Assembly: GCA_017440585.1 (NCBI GenBank) | Contig: JAFSGW010000098.1 | Location: 5,640-69,639 of the forward strand | Direction: 5' to 3' | DNA: 64,000 nucleotides | Origin: Clostridia bacterium | GTDB lineage: Bacteria; Bacillota; Clostridia; UMGS1883 | In this document: positions 16,118 to 24,805 of the stretch, piece by piece | Numbering within the stretch: position 1 is the stretch's first letter | Layout of the letters: each line of letters starts with the position of its first letter | Notes under the pieces: generated by a model | Told to the model about the DNA's origin: nothing | The model's input: the letters and a program-made list of their open reading frames with translations, nothing else | The model's database searches: none | Translations under genes and position numbers: made by a program

Positions 16118-17289
16118 AACTTACATATAACCACACCCTTTACGCCTGCTTTTTAGGCTACATAACCCAGGCGGTGGTAAATAATTTTGCACCTCTGCTT
16201 TTTGTAATTTTCCACGAAGAGCTCAATATTCCCCTTTCCCAGATAACGCTTTTAGTTACAATAAACTTTCTTGTACAGCTTTTTGTAGACTTTATTTCCC
16301 CTTTCTTTGTGGACAAAATAGGCTACAAAAAAAGTATTATAATCGCCCACGTGTTTGCATCGGCGGGCTTGATAATGCTTGGTGTTCTCCCCACCTTAAG
16401 CCATAATGCCTTCCCCATGCTTCTTTTGGCGGTAATTACCTATGCAGTAGGCGGTGGCATTATCGAGGTATTAATAAGCCCTATTGCAGAAGCTTGTCCA
16501 ACTGATAACAAATCAGCTGTAATGAGCCTGCTCCACTCCTTCTATTGTTGGGGCACCATAGGCGTTGTTCTTATTTCAACTGTTTTCATTGCCCTTCTGG
16601 GCAAGGGGTCATGGCAGGTTTTAGCATGCATATGGGCTCTTCTTCCTGCCCTTAACGCAGTTTTCTTTCACCTTGTACCCGTTAACCACCTTACGGAGGA
16701 AAACGGTGCAATGGGCGTTAAAGAGCTTTTTACAAGCAAAGCTTTTATAATTTTTATTTTTCTGATGATAAGTGCAGGTGCAAGTGAGCAGGCAATGAGC
16801 CAGTGGGCATCCTTCTTTGTGGAAAGTGCCCTCCATGTTCCCAAAATGATAGGTGACATAACGGGCGTTTGCCTTTTCTCACTTATGATGGGGCTTGCAA
16901 GGGTTGGCCACTCCCGCTTCGGTGACAGGCTCAATTTAAGAACCTGCCTTATTTTAAGCGGAAGCTTAAGCATAATATCCTACATAACGGTAGCCTTAAG
17001 CCCATGGAGCTTTCTTTCCCTTATCGGCTGTGCCTTCTGTGGTTTAGCAGCAGGCGTACTCTGGCCCGGTGTGTTTTCAATGGCGGCAGAGCACTTCCCC
17101 AAGGGTGGCACCTTAATGTTTGCCTACCTTGCCTTAGCAGGCGACTTAGGCTGCAGTGCAGGGCCCACCTTAACGGGCTTTGTGTCCTCGGCATTTAACG
17201 ACAACTTAAACACGGGCCTTTTTGCCGCAATCATATTCCCCATAATTTTAATATTATCCGCATTATCATTAAAAAAGAGTCAGTCCTGA
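16114..17289 (+). CDS. MFS transporter
   Basis: 391 aa with about 12 TM segments and a 4-nt overlap with the acetyltransferase gene. Confidence 0.82.
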   Translation: MKLTYNHTLYACFLGYITQAVVNNFAPLLFVIFHEELNIPLSQITLLVTINFLVQLFVDFISPFFVDKIGYKKSIIIAHVFASAGLIMLGVLPTLSHNAFPMLLLAVITYAVGGGIIEVLISPIAEACPTDNKSAVMSLLHSFYCWGTIGVVLISTVFIALLGKGSWQVLACIWALLPALNAVFFHLVPVNHLTEENGAMGVKELFTSKAFIIFIFLMISAGASEQAMSQWASFFVESALHVPKMIGDITGVCLFSLMMGLARVGHSRFGDRLNLRTCLILSGSLSIISYITVALSPWSFLSLIGCAFCGLAAGVLWPGVFSMAAEHFPKGGTLMFAYLALAGDLGCSAGPTLTGFVSSAFNDNLNTGLFAAIIFPIILILSALSLKKSQS

Positions 17290-17303
17290 AAGACTGACTC
17301 TTT
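17271..17303. terminator. Bidirectional terminator hairpin (better T-tract for the minus strand)
   Basis: AAAAAA, then the stem AGAGTCAGTC / GACTGACTCT with loop CTGAAA, then TTT. It overlaps the MFS stop codon. Confidence 0.7.
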
Positions 17304-17310
17304 ACTTATT

Positions 17311-17421
17311 TATCTCACGTTTTGCAAAGCAAAACATATCGCGCCGTAAGGCATATCGCATTTGCGGAGCAAATATATCGCATGGCAATGCCATATATCA
17401 CGTGATGCATTTATGCATCAC
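17311..17421. repeat. Mini-hairpin array 1: five different short hairpins separated by a conserved 7-nt word (ATATCGC x3, ATATCAC, TATCTCAC)
   Basis: The plus strand reads TATCTCAC [GTTTTGC-AAA-GCAAAAC] ATATCGC [GCC-GTAA-GGC] ATATCGC [ATTTGC-GGA-GCAAAT] ATATCGC [ATGGC-AAT-GCCAT] ATATCAC [GTGATGCAT-TT-ATGCATCAC]. The last hairpin overlaps the degV stop codon. Confidence 0.75.
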
Positions 17422-18302
17422 AATTTTGATCTGTCGTCGCCCATAAAGAACAGTGCAAGTGTGCCCTGACCTGTATGTGCGGCAATAATTGTGCCTATAT
17501 CAAAAATCTTCACGTCAACGTTTTTGAACTTTTCTTCAACCATAGCCTTAACAGCCTCGGCATCCTCCAGGCAGTCTGCATGGCAGATAAAGCACTTGCC
17601 CGAATAGTCATAGCCGTTCTGTGCATGCTCCTCCATAACCTTAACTGTCTCAATCATTGCCTTTTTCTTGCTTCTTACCTTGCCGTAGGCATGAATACTG
17701 CCCTCTGCATTAAGACGCATAATGGGGCAAATACCCAAAACTGTACCAATCATTGCCGCAGGACCTGAAACACGTCCGCCACGCTTTAAGTGGAAAAGGT
17801 CTGTAGCATAAATCTGATGGTGAACATTAAGGCGGTTTTCAAGAACCCACGCCTCAATTTCTTCCATAGTGCTGCCATTATCACGCATATCTGCCGCATA
17901 GTCAACAAGCATGCCGTAGCCCGATGCACTTGCAAGGGTGTCCACAACAATAATCTTTCTGTCGGGGTACTGTTCACGGAGCTCATTTGCTGCATTTACA
18001 GCATTCACAACAGATGCAGACATGCCTCTGCCGAAGGCAAGGTGCAATACGTCACCCTTCTTTAAAAGCTCTTCAAAATATTCAAGATATGTGTAATGAT
18101 TAATCTGAGAGGTAGAGGGCATTTTGCCTTCTTTGAGCATACGGTGGAAAGCGGGAAGTGCCTCAGGGTCACGACCCATATCGTCAACATAAACCTCTCC
18201 GTCAACTGTGTAGGTATAAAACGCAACGGAAATATCTCTGCCCGAAATGTAGGAATAAGGCATATCTACCGTTGATTCGCAGGATAACTGAAAATTACTC
18301 AT
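17418..18302 (-). CDS. DegV-family fatty-acid-binding protein
   Basis: 294 aa with a DegV pattern throughout (STVDMP..., SASGYGMLV, IIAAHTGQGTLALFF). Confidence 0.92.
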   Translation of the reverse strand: MSNFQLSCESTVDMPYSYISGRDISVAFYTYTVDGEVYVDDMGRDPEALPAFHRMLKEGKMPSTSQINHYTYLEYFEELLKKGDVLHLAFGRGMSASVVNAVNAANELREQYPDRKIIVVDTLASASGYGMLVDYAADMRDNGSTMEEIEAWVLENRLNVHHQIYATDLFHLKRGGRVSGPAAMIGTVLGICPIMRLNAEGSIHAYGKVRSKKKAMIETVKVMEEHAQNGYDYSGKCFICHADCLEDAEAVKAMVEEKFKNVDVKIFDIGTIIAAHTGQGTLALFFMGDDRSKL

Positions 18303-18371
18303 AACACTATCACCTCATATAACTTTATCGTATTTATTTTATCACTTTTTCATTTTCTGTGCAATAAACAC

Positions 18372-18405
18372 ATTAAAACGGAGTGTTGCTTTTGCAACAC
18401 TCCGT
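18372..18405 (-). terminator. Rho-independent terminator of the beta-helix surface protein gene
   Basis: Stem ACGGAGTGTTGC / GCAACACTCCGT with loop TTTT. The minus strand continues with TTTTAAT. Confidence 0.7.
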
Positions 18406-18410
18406 CTATT

Positions 18411-20486
18411 TTACCATCTGCGACCGCCACCAAAGCCTCCGCCTGAGCCAACATTTGTAACATTGCTTGTCATTTCAACGGTATATGCCGTCTCGCCAAT
18501 TGTAACTGTATAGGTTTCGCCCACCTTAAGCTTATCGGAGGAAAATACAATGCTGTTGCCCGTTTTTATTGTGGTGTAGCTGTAAATTTCCTCTCCTGCA
18601 GCATTGTTTATAACAATACTGCTTCCCTGGGGTATGTTTTCACTTGTAACTAACCTGAAGGAGGGCTGAAGTGACTCATTGTCGGGGGTTTCTGCCATGC
18701 CCGAGGCACCAAGTGCAATAAGTGTGCCACCGTTTATTCTTATAACACCGCCTGAGTCAAGAGCACCGTTGCCGTTATTTGTGGGCCCTTCAACAATTAT
18801 ATTACCGCCCGAAATTATCATTCTGCCGTTGGCATCAAGCCCGTCACCTGAGGCGTTAACAAAAATATCTCCACCATTTATAAACAAGTCATGCCCCGTT
18901 TCAGCATTTTTGTCCTGACGGTTTACTGCATCACGGCCATTTGTACCGCCTGCATTAATGCCGTCGTCACTGCCCTTAATATTAATTGTGCCACCGTTAA
19001 TTGTAAGGTTTGCCTTGCTCTCCAGACCTTCTGTAGCCTTAAGTATATTTATAACGCCATCGTCTACAGAGACATCGCCGTGAGCGGAAATGCCCTTGCC
19101 CTTATCCGAGGTAAGGCTTATTTCGCCACCCTTGATATTTAATGTGCCTGCACTGTGGAGTGCATGGTCGGCAGAATTTACAACTATAGTGCCACCTGAA
19201 ATTTCAAGGTTTGTTTCTGCCTTTATGCCCTTTGTTGCAACCGCTTCGTCCTCGGCTGTTTCATTCTGCATCTCTTCGGGGGGCATCATACCGCCCTCGG
19301 GAGGAGTCATACCTTCAGGAGGCATCATACCACCCTCGGGACGTGTCATGCCTTCGGGGCGTACAGCCTCGCCTGTCTGCATCCAGCCTCTGTCCTTGAA
19401 GCCACGACCACCACCGCCAAAACCGCCAAAGTTTCCGCCCTGGGAGCTTTCAACAGTGCCCGTTGTGGTCACGTTTATGCTGCCGTTTTCAATAACAACA
19501 TCCTCTTCTGACTGTATGCCGTCACCCTTTGCGGTGATTGTGATATCGCCACCCTTAATTTTAATGGTGTTATTGGCATGTATGCCGTCCTTTTTATCTG
19601 CCGTAAGGTTAAGTGTGCCTTCTTCAATCTTTATATCGTCATCACTTGCAATGGCGTGGTGAGCCTTACTTGTAACATAAAGTGTGCCCTCGCCCTTTAT
19701 TTCAATATCGTCGTTGGAGAAAATTGCCGCTTTTGCATCAACGGTGTATTCCTCTCCGTCAGTTATATAGTTTTCTGTGCCCTTTGATATTGTAATGAGT
19801 GACTTTTCCGAGTTTTCAAAGAAAATTACGGGGTTTGCGGGGTTTTCAAGCTTTACCCCTTCAAGGCGTAATTTCACCTTGTATTTTGTGTTTACATGGA
19901 TTAAAACATTGCTGTTTTCACCCGTAACGGTAAAATCACCGCCATCTGTAATTAAAACAGTATTACCGTTAACTGTAACACCGTTACCCGTAGCTGTCAT
20001 TCCCGTTACGTCAATAGTGCCGGTGTTTTCCTTCCATTTGTCCTTATTTGCCTCATATTCCGCCGTTGTAATTTCAACGGTGTTCTTTTCGCCTACCCAT
20101 TCCACGGTAGCATCAACGCTTTCGCTCACCGCTCTCACAGGCACAAGGGTGCTTCCCTCAGAAATAAAGGGAGCCATGTTCAATTCCTTTTCCTCTCCGT
20201 TAAGGTAAAGGGTTTTTTTACCTATAACAAGCTTTATTTCGTCCTCGCCCTTTGTGGCTGTAACGCTTCTTTCCTCGTTATTCCAGTTAACAGTCATGCC
20301 CAACGCTTCAAAAATTGCTCTCATGGGCACCATTGTACTGCCGTTTTCAATACGTGCAGGTACATTGCAATCAAGCTTTTCACCGTCAATTTTTACGGTT
20401 ACCTCCTGGGCTGATGTGGGAATTACAAGACATGCGGTAATAACTGCAACCAATATTGTAATACAAAGTATTTTCTTAAGCTTCAT
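18411..20486 (-). CDS. Secreted protein: copper-amine-oxidase-like N-terminal domain plus Cthe_2159-type parallel beta-helix carbohydrate-binding domain
   Basis: 691 aa with a signal peptide. It has a CAO-N-like stalk domain (IENGSTMVPMRAIFEALG...TLVPVRAVSE). Repetitive beta-helix rungs follow (GDGIQSEEDVVIENGSINV, DDGINAGG...). It also has the G/M/P/E low-complexity tract GGFGGGGRG...RPEGMTRPEGGMMPPEGMTPPEGGMMPPEEM and the C-terminal tail GGGFGGGRRW. Confidence 0.75.
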   Translation of the reverse strand: MKLKKILCITILVAVITACLVIPTSAQEVTVKIDGEKLDCNVPARIENGSTMVPMRAIFEALGMTVNWNNEERSVTATKGEDEIKLVIGKKTLYLNGEEKELNMAPFISEGSTLVPVRAVSESVDATVEWVGEKNTVEITTAEYEANKDKWKENTGTIDVTGMTATGNGVTVNGNTVLITDGGDFTVTGENSNVLIHVNTKYKVKLRLEGVKLENPANPVIFFENSEKSLITISKGTENYITDGEEYTVDAKAAIFSNDDIEIKGEGTLYVTSKAHHAIASDDDIKIEEGTLNLTADKKDGIHANNTIKIKGGDITITAKGDGIQSEEDVVIENGSINVTTTGTVESSQGGNFGGFGGGGRGFKDRGWMQTGEAVRPEGMTRPEGGMMPPEGMTPPEGGMMPPEEMQNETAEDEAVATKGIKAETNLEISGGTIVVNSADHALHSAGTLNIKGGEISLTSDKGKGISAHGDVSVDDGVINILKATEGLESKANLTINGGTINIKGSDDGINAGGTNGRDAVNRQDKNAETGHDLFINGGDIFVNASGDGLDANGRMIISGGNIIVEGPTNNGNGALDSGGVIRINGGTLIALGASGMAETPDNESLQPSFRLVTSENIPQGSSIVINNAAGEEIYSYTTIKTGNSIVFSSDKLKVGETYTVTIGETAYTVEMTSNVTNVGSGGGFGGGRRW

Positions 20487-20556
20487 ACTATCGCCTCCAT
20501 ACCCTTATCATATAAGGCTTTTATATAAATTCCGCCAAGCAAAGATGAACATTCTG

Positions 20557-21024
20557 TTAATTAAGAAGTGCCACCGCCCTTGTCTCAATGCCCTCTTCTC
20601 TGCCCGTAAAGCCCATTTTTTCGTTGGTTTTTGCTTTAACGTTTATCTGTGATGGGTCAATTTCAAGAACCTCTGCCATTTTTTCTGCCATTAAAGCCTT
20701 ATAGGGTGCCATCTTTGGCTTCTGGGCAATTATTATTGTGTCAATGTTTACAATTTCAAAGCCCTTTTCCTTTATCCTTCTTCCTGCTTCCTTTAAAAGC
20801 ACCAGGGAGGAAATGTCCTTATATTTACTGTCTGTATCGGGGAAAAGAGTGCCTATATCACCCTCACCTGCCGCACCTAAAAGAGCGTCAATCACAGCAT
20901 GAACCAGGGCATCTGCATCGGAATGACCAAGAAGCCCCTTGTCGTGTTCAATTTCAATACCGCCTAAAATAAGCTTTCTTCCTTCTGTAAGGCGGTGTGT
21001 ATCGCAGCCTATACCAATTCTCAT
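20557..21024 (-). CDS. ispF: 2-C-methyl-D-erythritol 2,4-cyclodiphosphate synthase
   Basis: 155 aa with the motifs IGIGCDTHRL and GHSDADALVHAV. Confidence 0.95.
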   Translation of the reverse strand: MRIGIGCDTHRLTEGRKLILGGIEIEHDKGLLGHSDADALVHAVIDALLGAAGEGDIGTLFPDTDSKYKDISSLVLLKEAGRRIKEKGFEIVNIDTIIIAQKPKMAPYKALMAEKMAEVLEIDPSQINVKAKTNEKMGFTGREEGIETRAVALLN

Positions 21025-21719
21025 AATGCACCTCTCGCTCTCAAAACCTCTGTCATGTATAAAACGTCCTCAGGATATGTAAGCTTCACGTTATCCCTGC
21101 CCGTTATAACCGTTTTTATTGGGAACCCGCACCTTTCCACAAGCATGCACTCGTCGGTGCCGATAAAGCCCTCACTGAGTGCCTCCTCGTGGGCACGGAG
21201 CAATATTTCCTTCTTAAAAATCTGCGGTGTTCTCACCTGCACGGTAGCCTCACGGTCAATTGTGCCCATAATCATGCCCTGTTCATTTACGCTTTTTAAG
21301 GTGTCCACGCTTAAGGCTGATGCAACTGCACCGCCAAAGTCAATGGCAGCTTGTGCCACAAGCTCAATGGACTCCTCTTTTATAAGAGGGCGTGCACCGT
21401 CGTGCACTGCTATGTAGTCACAATCGGGTGAAATTTTATCAAGGGCGTTTTTAACACTTCCCTGACGGGTATCACCACCCTGCACAATGCCCACAACCTT
21501 GGTATAGCCCTTTTCACGAACAATTTCGCCGTAGATTTCAATGCTGTCACGGGGTGCCGCAACAATAATTTCATCAATCACATCACAGTTTTCAAATGCC
21601 TCAAGGGTTCTTTCAAAAACTGTTTTACTGCCTATTTTAAGAAGCATTTTATTGTAGCCCATCCGCTGTGAGCTTCCTGCCGACAACACAATTGCCGTAA
21701 AAAATTTACCATTCAACAT
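21021..21719 (-). CDS. ispD: 2-C-methyl-D-erythritol 4-phosphate cytidylyltransferase
   Basis: IspD motifs are present (VLSAGSSQRMG, VHDGARP). I chose the start at 21719 because AAGGAGG lies 8 nt upstream. The ORF-track start at 21767 adds 16 residues and has no RBS. Confidence 0.92.
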   Translation of the reverse strand: MLNGKFFTAIVLSAGSSQRMGYNKMLLKIGSKTVFERTLEAFENCDVIDEIIVAAPRDSIEIYGEIVREKGYTKVVGIVQGGDTRQGSVKNALDKISPDCDYIAVHDGARPLIKEESIELVAQAAIDFGGAVASALSVDTLKSVNEQGMIMGTIDREATVQVRTPQIFKKEILLRAHEEALSEGFIGTDECMLVERCGFPIKTVITGRDNVKLTYPEDVLYMTEVLRARGAL

Positions 21720-21868
21720 AACCGGTACCTCCTTAAATAACAAAGTGTCTCCGACACTCCCTGGCAATAATTGCAGCTAAGGAAAACAGAGGAGAAAACA
21801 CTTTGTAATGCCATATGCGTTTTCCGAGTCTTGCGAGGAAATTCTCGCATGGCAATAAAATCAAATTT

Positions 21869-21934
21869 ATTTGTTGCATTATAGGGAATGTGCAATTTCC
21901 TATAATGCAACAAATGCGACCGTAATACGGTCGC
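21869..21934 (-). other. Tandem hairpins between carD and ispD (candidate terminator/attenuator)
   Basis: A perfect 17-bp stem pairs ATTTGTTGCATTATAGG (21869-21885) with CCTATAATGCAACAAAT (21899-21915) around a 13-nt loop. Directly abutting it is GCGACCG-TAATA-CGGTCGC (21916-21934). Confidence 0.45.
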
Positions 21935-21960
21935 ATAATTATTACGCCGCAAACATAAGT

Positions 21961-22467
21961 TTATTCCGCCTTCGGTTTTTGCAGCATCTGCTCTTCAACA
22001 ATTTCCTTTAAAGCCTTGTCAACCTCCTCATAGGTGGTGTTACGGCTCATAACAATTTCGCTTATTAAAATTTGCTTGGCGTTGGAAAGCATTTTCCTCT
22101 CGCCGGTGGAAAGGCCCTTTGCCTTGTCCCGCATCATAAGGCTCTTCACAACAGAAGCAACCTCAAAAATGTTACCGCTTTTTATACGTATCATGTTTTC
22201 ACGGTAGCGTTTGTTCCAGTTAAGGTTTGTATCAATTTCAACCGTTTTGAAGCTCTCTAAAACCTCACCTGCTTCTTCAGCGGAAATAAGGTCTCTCACG
22301 CCGATTTTTTCAGCTCCGTCTATAGGAATGAGCACCTTCATGTCGCCCAGAGGGATGCGCATTGCATAGTAACGGTACATGAGGCCCGAAACCTCACGCT
22401 CCTCAATAGCTTCGATTACACCTGCACCATGCAAGGGGTAAACAATGCTGTCACCTATGCTATACAT
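21961..22467 (-). CDS. carD: CarD-family transcriptional regulator
   Basis: The CarD/CdnL N-terminal motif is present (MYSIGDSIVYPLHGAGVIEAIEEREV). I chose the start at 22467, the internal Met of the 188-aa ORF-track call. Confidence 0.9.
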   Translation of the reverse strand: MYSIGDSIVYPLHGAGVIEAIEEREVSGLMYRYYAMRIPLGDMKVLIPIDGAEKIGVRDLISAEEAGEVLESFKTVEIDTNLNWNKRYRENMIRIKSGNIFEVASVVKSLMMRDKAKGLSTGERKMLSNAKQILISEIVMSRNTTYEEVDKALKEIVEEQMLQKPKAE

Positions 22468-22603
22468 AAAAAATTCACATCCTTCGCCTTTTATCATGAT
22501 ACAAGTAAATTGTAACATATTTTTCATTATTTGTCAAATGCAAATTTTAAATAGGCAATGATATCATATAACAGACTAAAAAGCAATAGTTTTTTTCAAT
22601 TAT

Positions 22604-23701
22604 TTATATTTTTTTGAAATTTCCCAGATATTTGTAGCTTGTGGCGTATTTTTTAAGCTCTCCTATTGCATTTATCATATTTTCGTCGCCTATATTACCC
22701 TCAAGCTCGGCAAAAAACCTGTACTCACCCATGCGGTCAATAACGGGGCGTGACTCAATTTTCAGTAAATTTACGCTGTGGCGTGCAAAAATTTCCAGTG
22801 CGGAAACAAGTGCACCCGACACGTGAGGCACAGAAAAAACAACAGCCGCCTTTGTTGCCCCCTCGCCCATCTGAGGCTTTTTGGAAATAATTATAAACCT
22901 TGTGGCATTTGCCTTGCCGGAGGCAACATCCTCACAAAGAACCTTCAAGCCGTAAAGCTTTGCGGCTCTTTTTGATGCAATTGCCGCCTTGTGCACGTTA
23001 CCTTCCTCGCTTACGCTCTTTGCACCCACCGCTGTATTAACAACGCTGTTAAGTCTCCAGTTTTTGTCCTTTAAAAATTCCTTACACTGGAAAAAGCCCT
23101 GCTCGTGGGAGTAAACATCCGTAATATCGGAAAGTGATGCTTCGGGGAGAGCTAAAAGGTTATGCTCAACCTTTATGGCTGTTTCGCCCACAATGTATAC
23201 CTCGTGGCTGCAGAGCATGTCAAGCACGTCGGTAATACTGCCCGTGGTGGAGTTTTCCATGGGAAGCACACCGTAATCGGCATTGCCTCTTTCAACCTCT
23301 TCTATAACGTTTTCAAAGGTTTTTACGTTATATATATTCTCACCGAAAACCTTCGATGCGGCAATGGAGCCGTAGCCTCCGTCAACACCCTGATAGCACG
23401 CCTTGCCTGAAAGTGACTGTTTCATTTTATAAGAATCGATAAGGTTTTGCTGAACACCTCTTGAAAGTGCCATAACCTTAACAAAAAACTCCTCAATAAC
23501 GCCCTCGTATTCCTTTTCCGTAACCTTTTCCATACGGCTACGTAAAACCTTTTCCTCACGGGCAGTGTCCAGAACCTGCATACCGCTTTTAAGCTTAATT
23601 TCGCCTATATGCTTTGCCACATCCATTCTTTTTTCCATGAGGGCAATGAGCTCTGTATCTATTTTGTCTATTTCCGCTCTGTAATATTCAAGATTTTCCA
23701 T
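22604..23701 (-). CDS. pheA: Bifunctional chorismate mutase / prephenate dehydratase
   Basis: 365 aa. It has an N-terminal CM_2 helix bundle (YRAEIDKIDTELIALMEKRMDVAKHIGEIK), a PDT domain and a C-terminal ACT domain (ESRP motif in LLKIESRPV). Confidence 0.9.
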   Translation of the reverse strand: MENLEYYRAEIDKIDTELIALMEKRMDVAKHIGEIKLKSGMQVLDTAREEKVLRSRMEKVTEKEYEGVIEEFFVKVMALSRGVQQNLIDSYKMKQSLSGKACYQGVDGGYGSIAASKVFGENIYNVKTFENVIEEVERGNADYGVLPMENSTTGSITDVLDMLCSHEVYIVGETAIKVEHNLLALPEASLSDITDVYSHEQGFFQCKEFLKDKNWRLNSVVNTAVGAKSVSEEGNVHKAAIASKRAAKLYGLKVLCEDVASGKANATRFIIISKKPQMGEGATKAAVVFSVPHVSGALVSALEIFARHSVNLLKIESRPVIDRMGEYRFFAELEGNIGDENMINAIGELKKYATSYKYLGNFKKI

Positions 23702-23716
23702 ATTTTCACCTTTTTA

Positions 23717-24805
23717 TCAAAACATTTTTGCTTCGACTAAATAATCGAAGGCACAAAGTGCCGCACAGGCATCGATAACGCTTACCGCCCTTACACATAT
23801 GCAGGCATCGTGTCTGCCCTTTATCACAAGCTTTTCGTTTGTTTTTTCAACAAAGTTTACAGTGTCCTGCTCACGAGATATGGAGGCGGTGGGCTTTATT
23901 GCCGTCCTGAACACTATGGGCATGCCGTTTGTGATACCGCCGTTTATACCGCCGTCGTGGTTTGTTTTTGTGTAAATACCCTCGCCGTCGGTGTAAAGGG
24001 TGTCGTTTGCTTCACTGCCTCGCATTTTTGTAACGCCAAAGCCCTCACCGAATTCAAGCCCCTTAACTGCAGGCACGGAGAATATGAGTGATGAAAGGCG
24101 TGACTCAAAGGCGTCGAATATGGGGTTACCAATGCCCTTTTCCATGTTCATTATTGCACATTCTATAACGCCGCCTGCACTGTCAAGTTCGCTCTTTAAG
24201 GAAAGAACCCTCTCCTCCATCATCTTTGCCGCAGAGGGCGAAACGGTGGGGATAATCATGTTTTTTAATTCATTTGCCTTAAGGGGTGTCATATCATCAA
24301 GGCACCATGCATCGTCCTCAATGTCCATAATGCTTTTTATTCTGGAAACGGTGTAAATACCCTTCTGTCTGAGGGCACATTTTGCCACAGCACCTGCAAA
24401 AACCAAGGGTGCCGTAAGCCTTCCCGAGAAGTGACCTCCGCCACGGTGGTCGTTAAAGCCCTTGTAGCGTAAATAGCCCGTGTAGTCAGCGTGGGAGGGG
24501 CGTGCCGTTACCTTTAAGTTGTCGTAATCAGAGGAATGCTGGTCAGAGTTATAAATAACAAATGCAAGGGGTGTGCCCGTTGTTTTGCCATCTACAACGC
24601 CCGACAAAATTTCGGGAATATCGGGCTCTTTTCTTGCTGTTGCTAAACTGGAGGAGCCTGTCTGCCTTCTTTTTAATTCAAATGCGATTTCCTCCATATC
24701 AATTTCAATACCCGGGGGCAGGTTGTCTATAACACCGCCAATGCCACGAGAGTGACTTTCGCCGAAAATTGAAAGCTTTATGCTGTTACCCCAGATTGAG
24801 CTCAT
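23717..24805 (-). CDS. aroC: Chorismate synthase
   Basis: 362 aa with the motifs FGESHS, RPSHADYT and GGGHFSGR. Confidence 0.95.
   Translation of the reverse strand: MSSIWGNSIKLSIFGESHSRGIGGVIDNLPPGIEIDMEEIAFELKRRQTGSSSLATARKEPDIPEILSGVVDGKTTGTPLAFVIYNSDQHSSDYDNLKVTARPSHADYTGYLRYKGFNDHRGGGHFSGRLTAPLVFAGAVAKCALRQKGIYTVSRIKSIMDIEDDAWCLDDMTPLKANELKNMIIPTVSPSAAKMMEERVLSLKSELDSAGGVIECAIMNMEKGIGNPIFDAFESRLSSLIFSVPAVKGLEFGEGFGVTKMRGSEANDTLYTDGEGIYTKTNHDGGINGGITNGMPIVFRTAIKPTASISREQDTVNFVEKTNEKLVIKGRHDACICVRAVSVIDACAALCAFDYLVEAKMF

Noticed and set aside
17311-17421. CRISPR array interpretation of the mini-hairpin arrays (also 37982-38069)
   Set aside because: The conserved units are only 7 nt and the variable units 9-20 nt and palindromic. 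No cas genes are in the window. The dimensions are far from CRISPR repeats and spacers.
19090-19662. 190-aa Pro/Ser-rich plus-strand ORF
   Set aside because: It is antisense to the beta-helix protein gene across its G/M/P/E repeat and is a compositional artefact.
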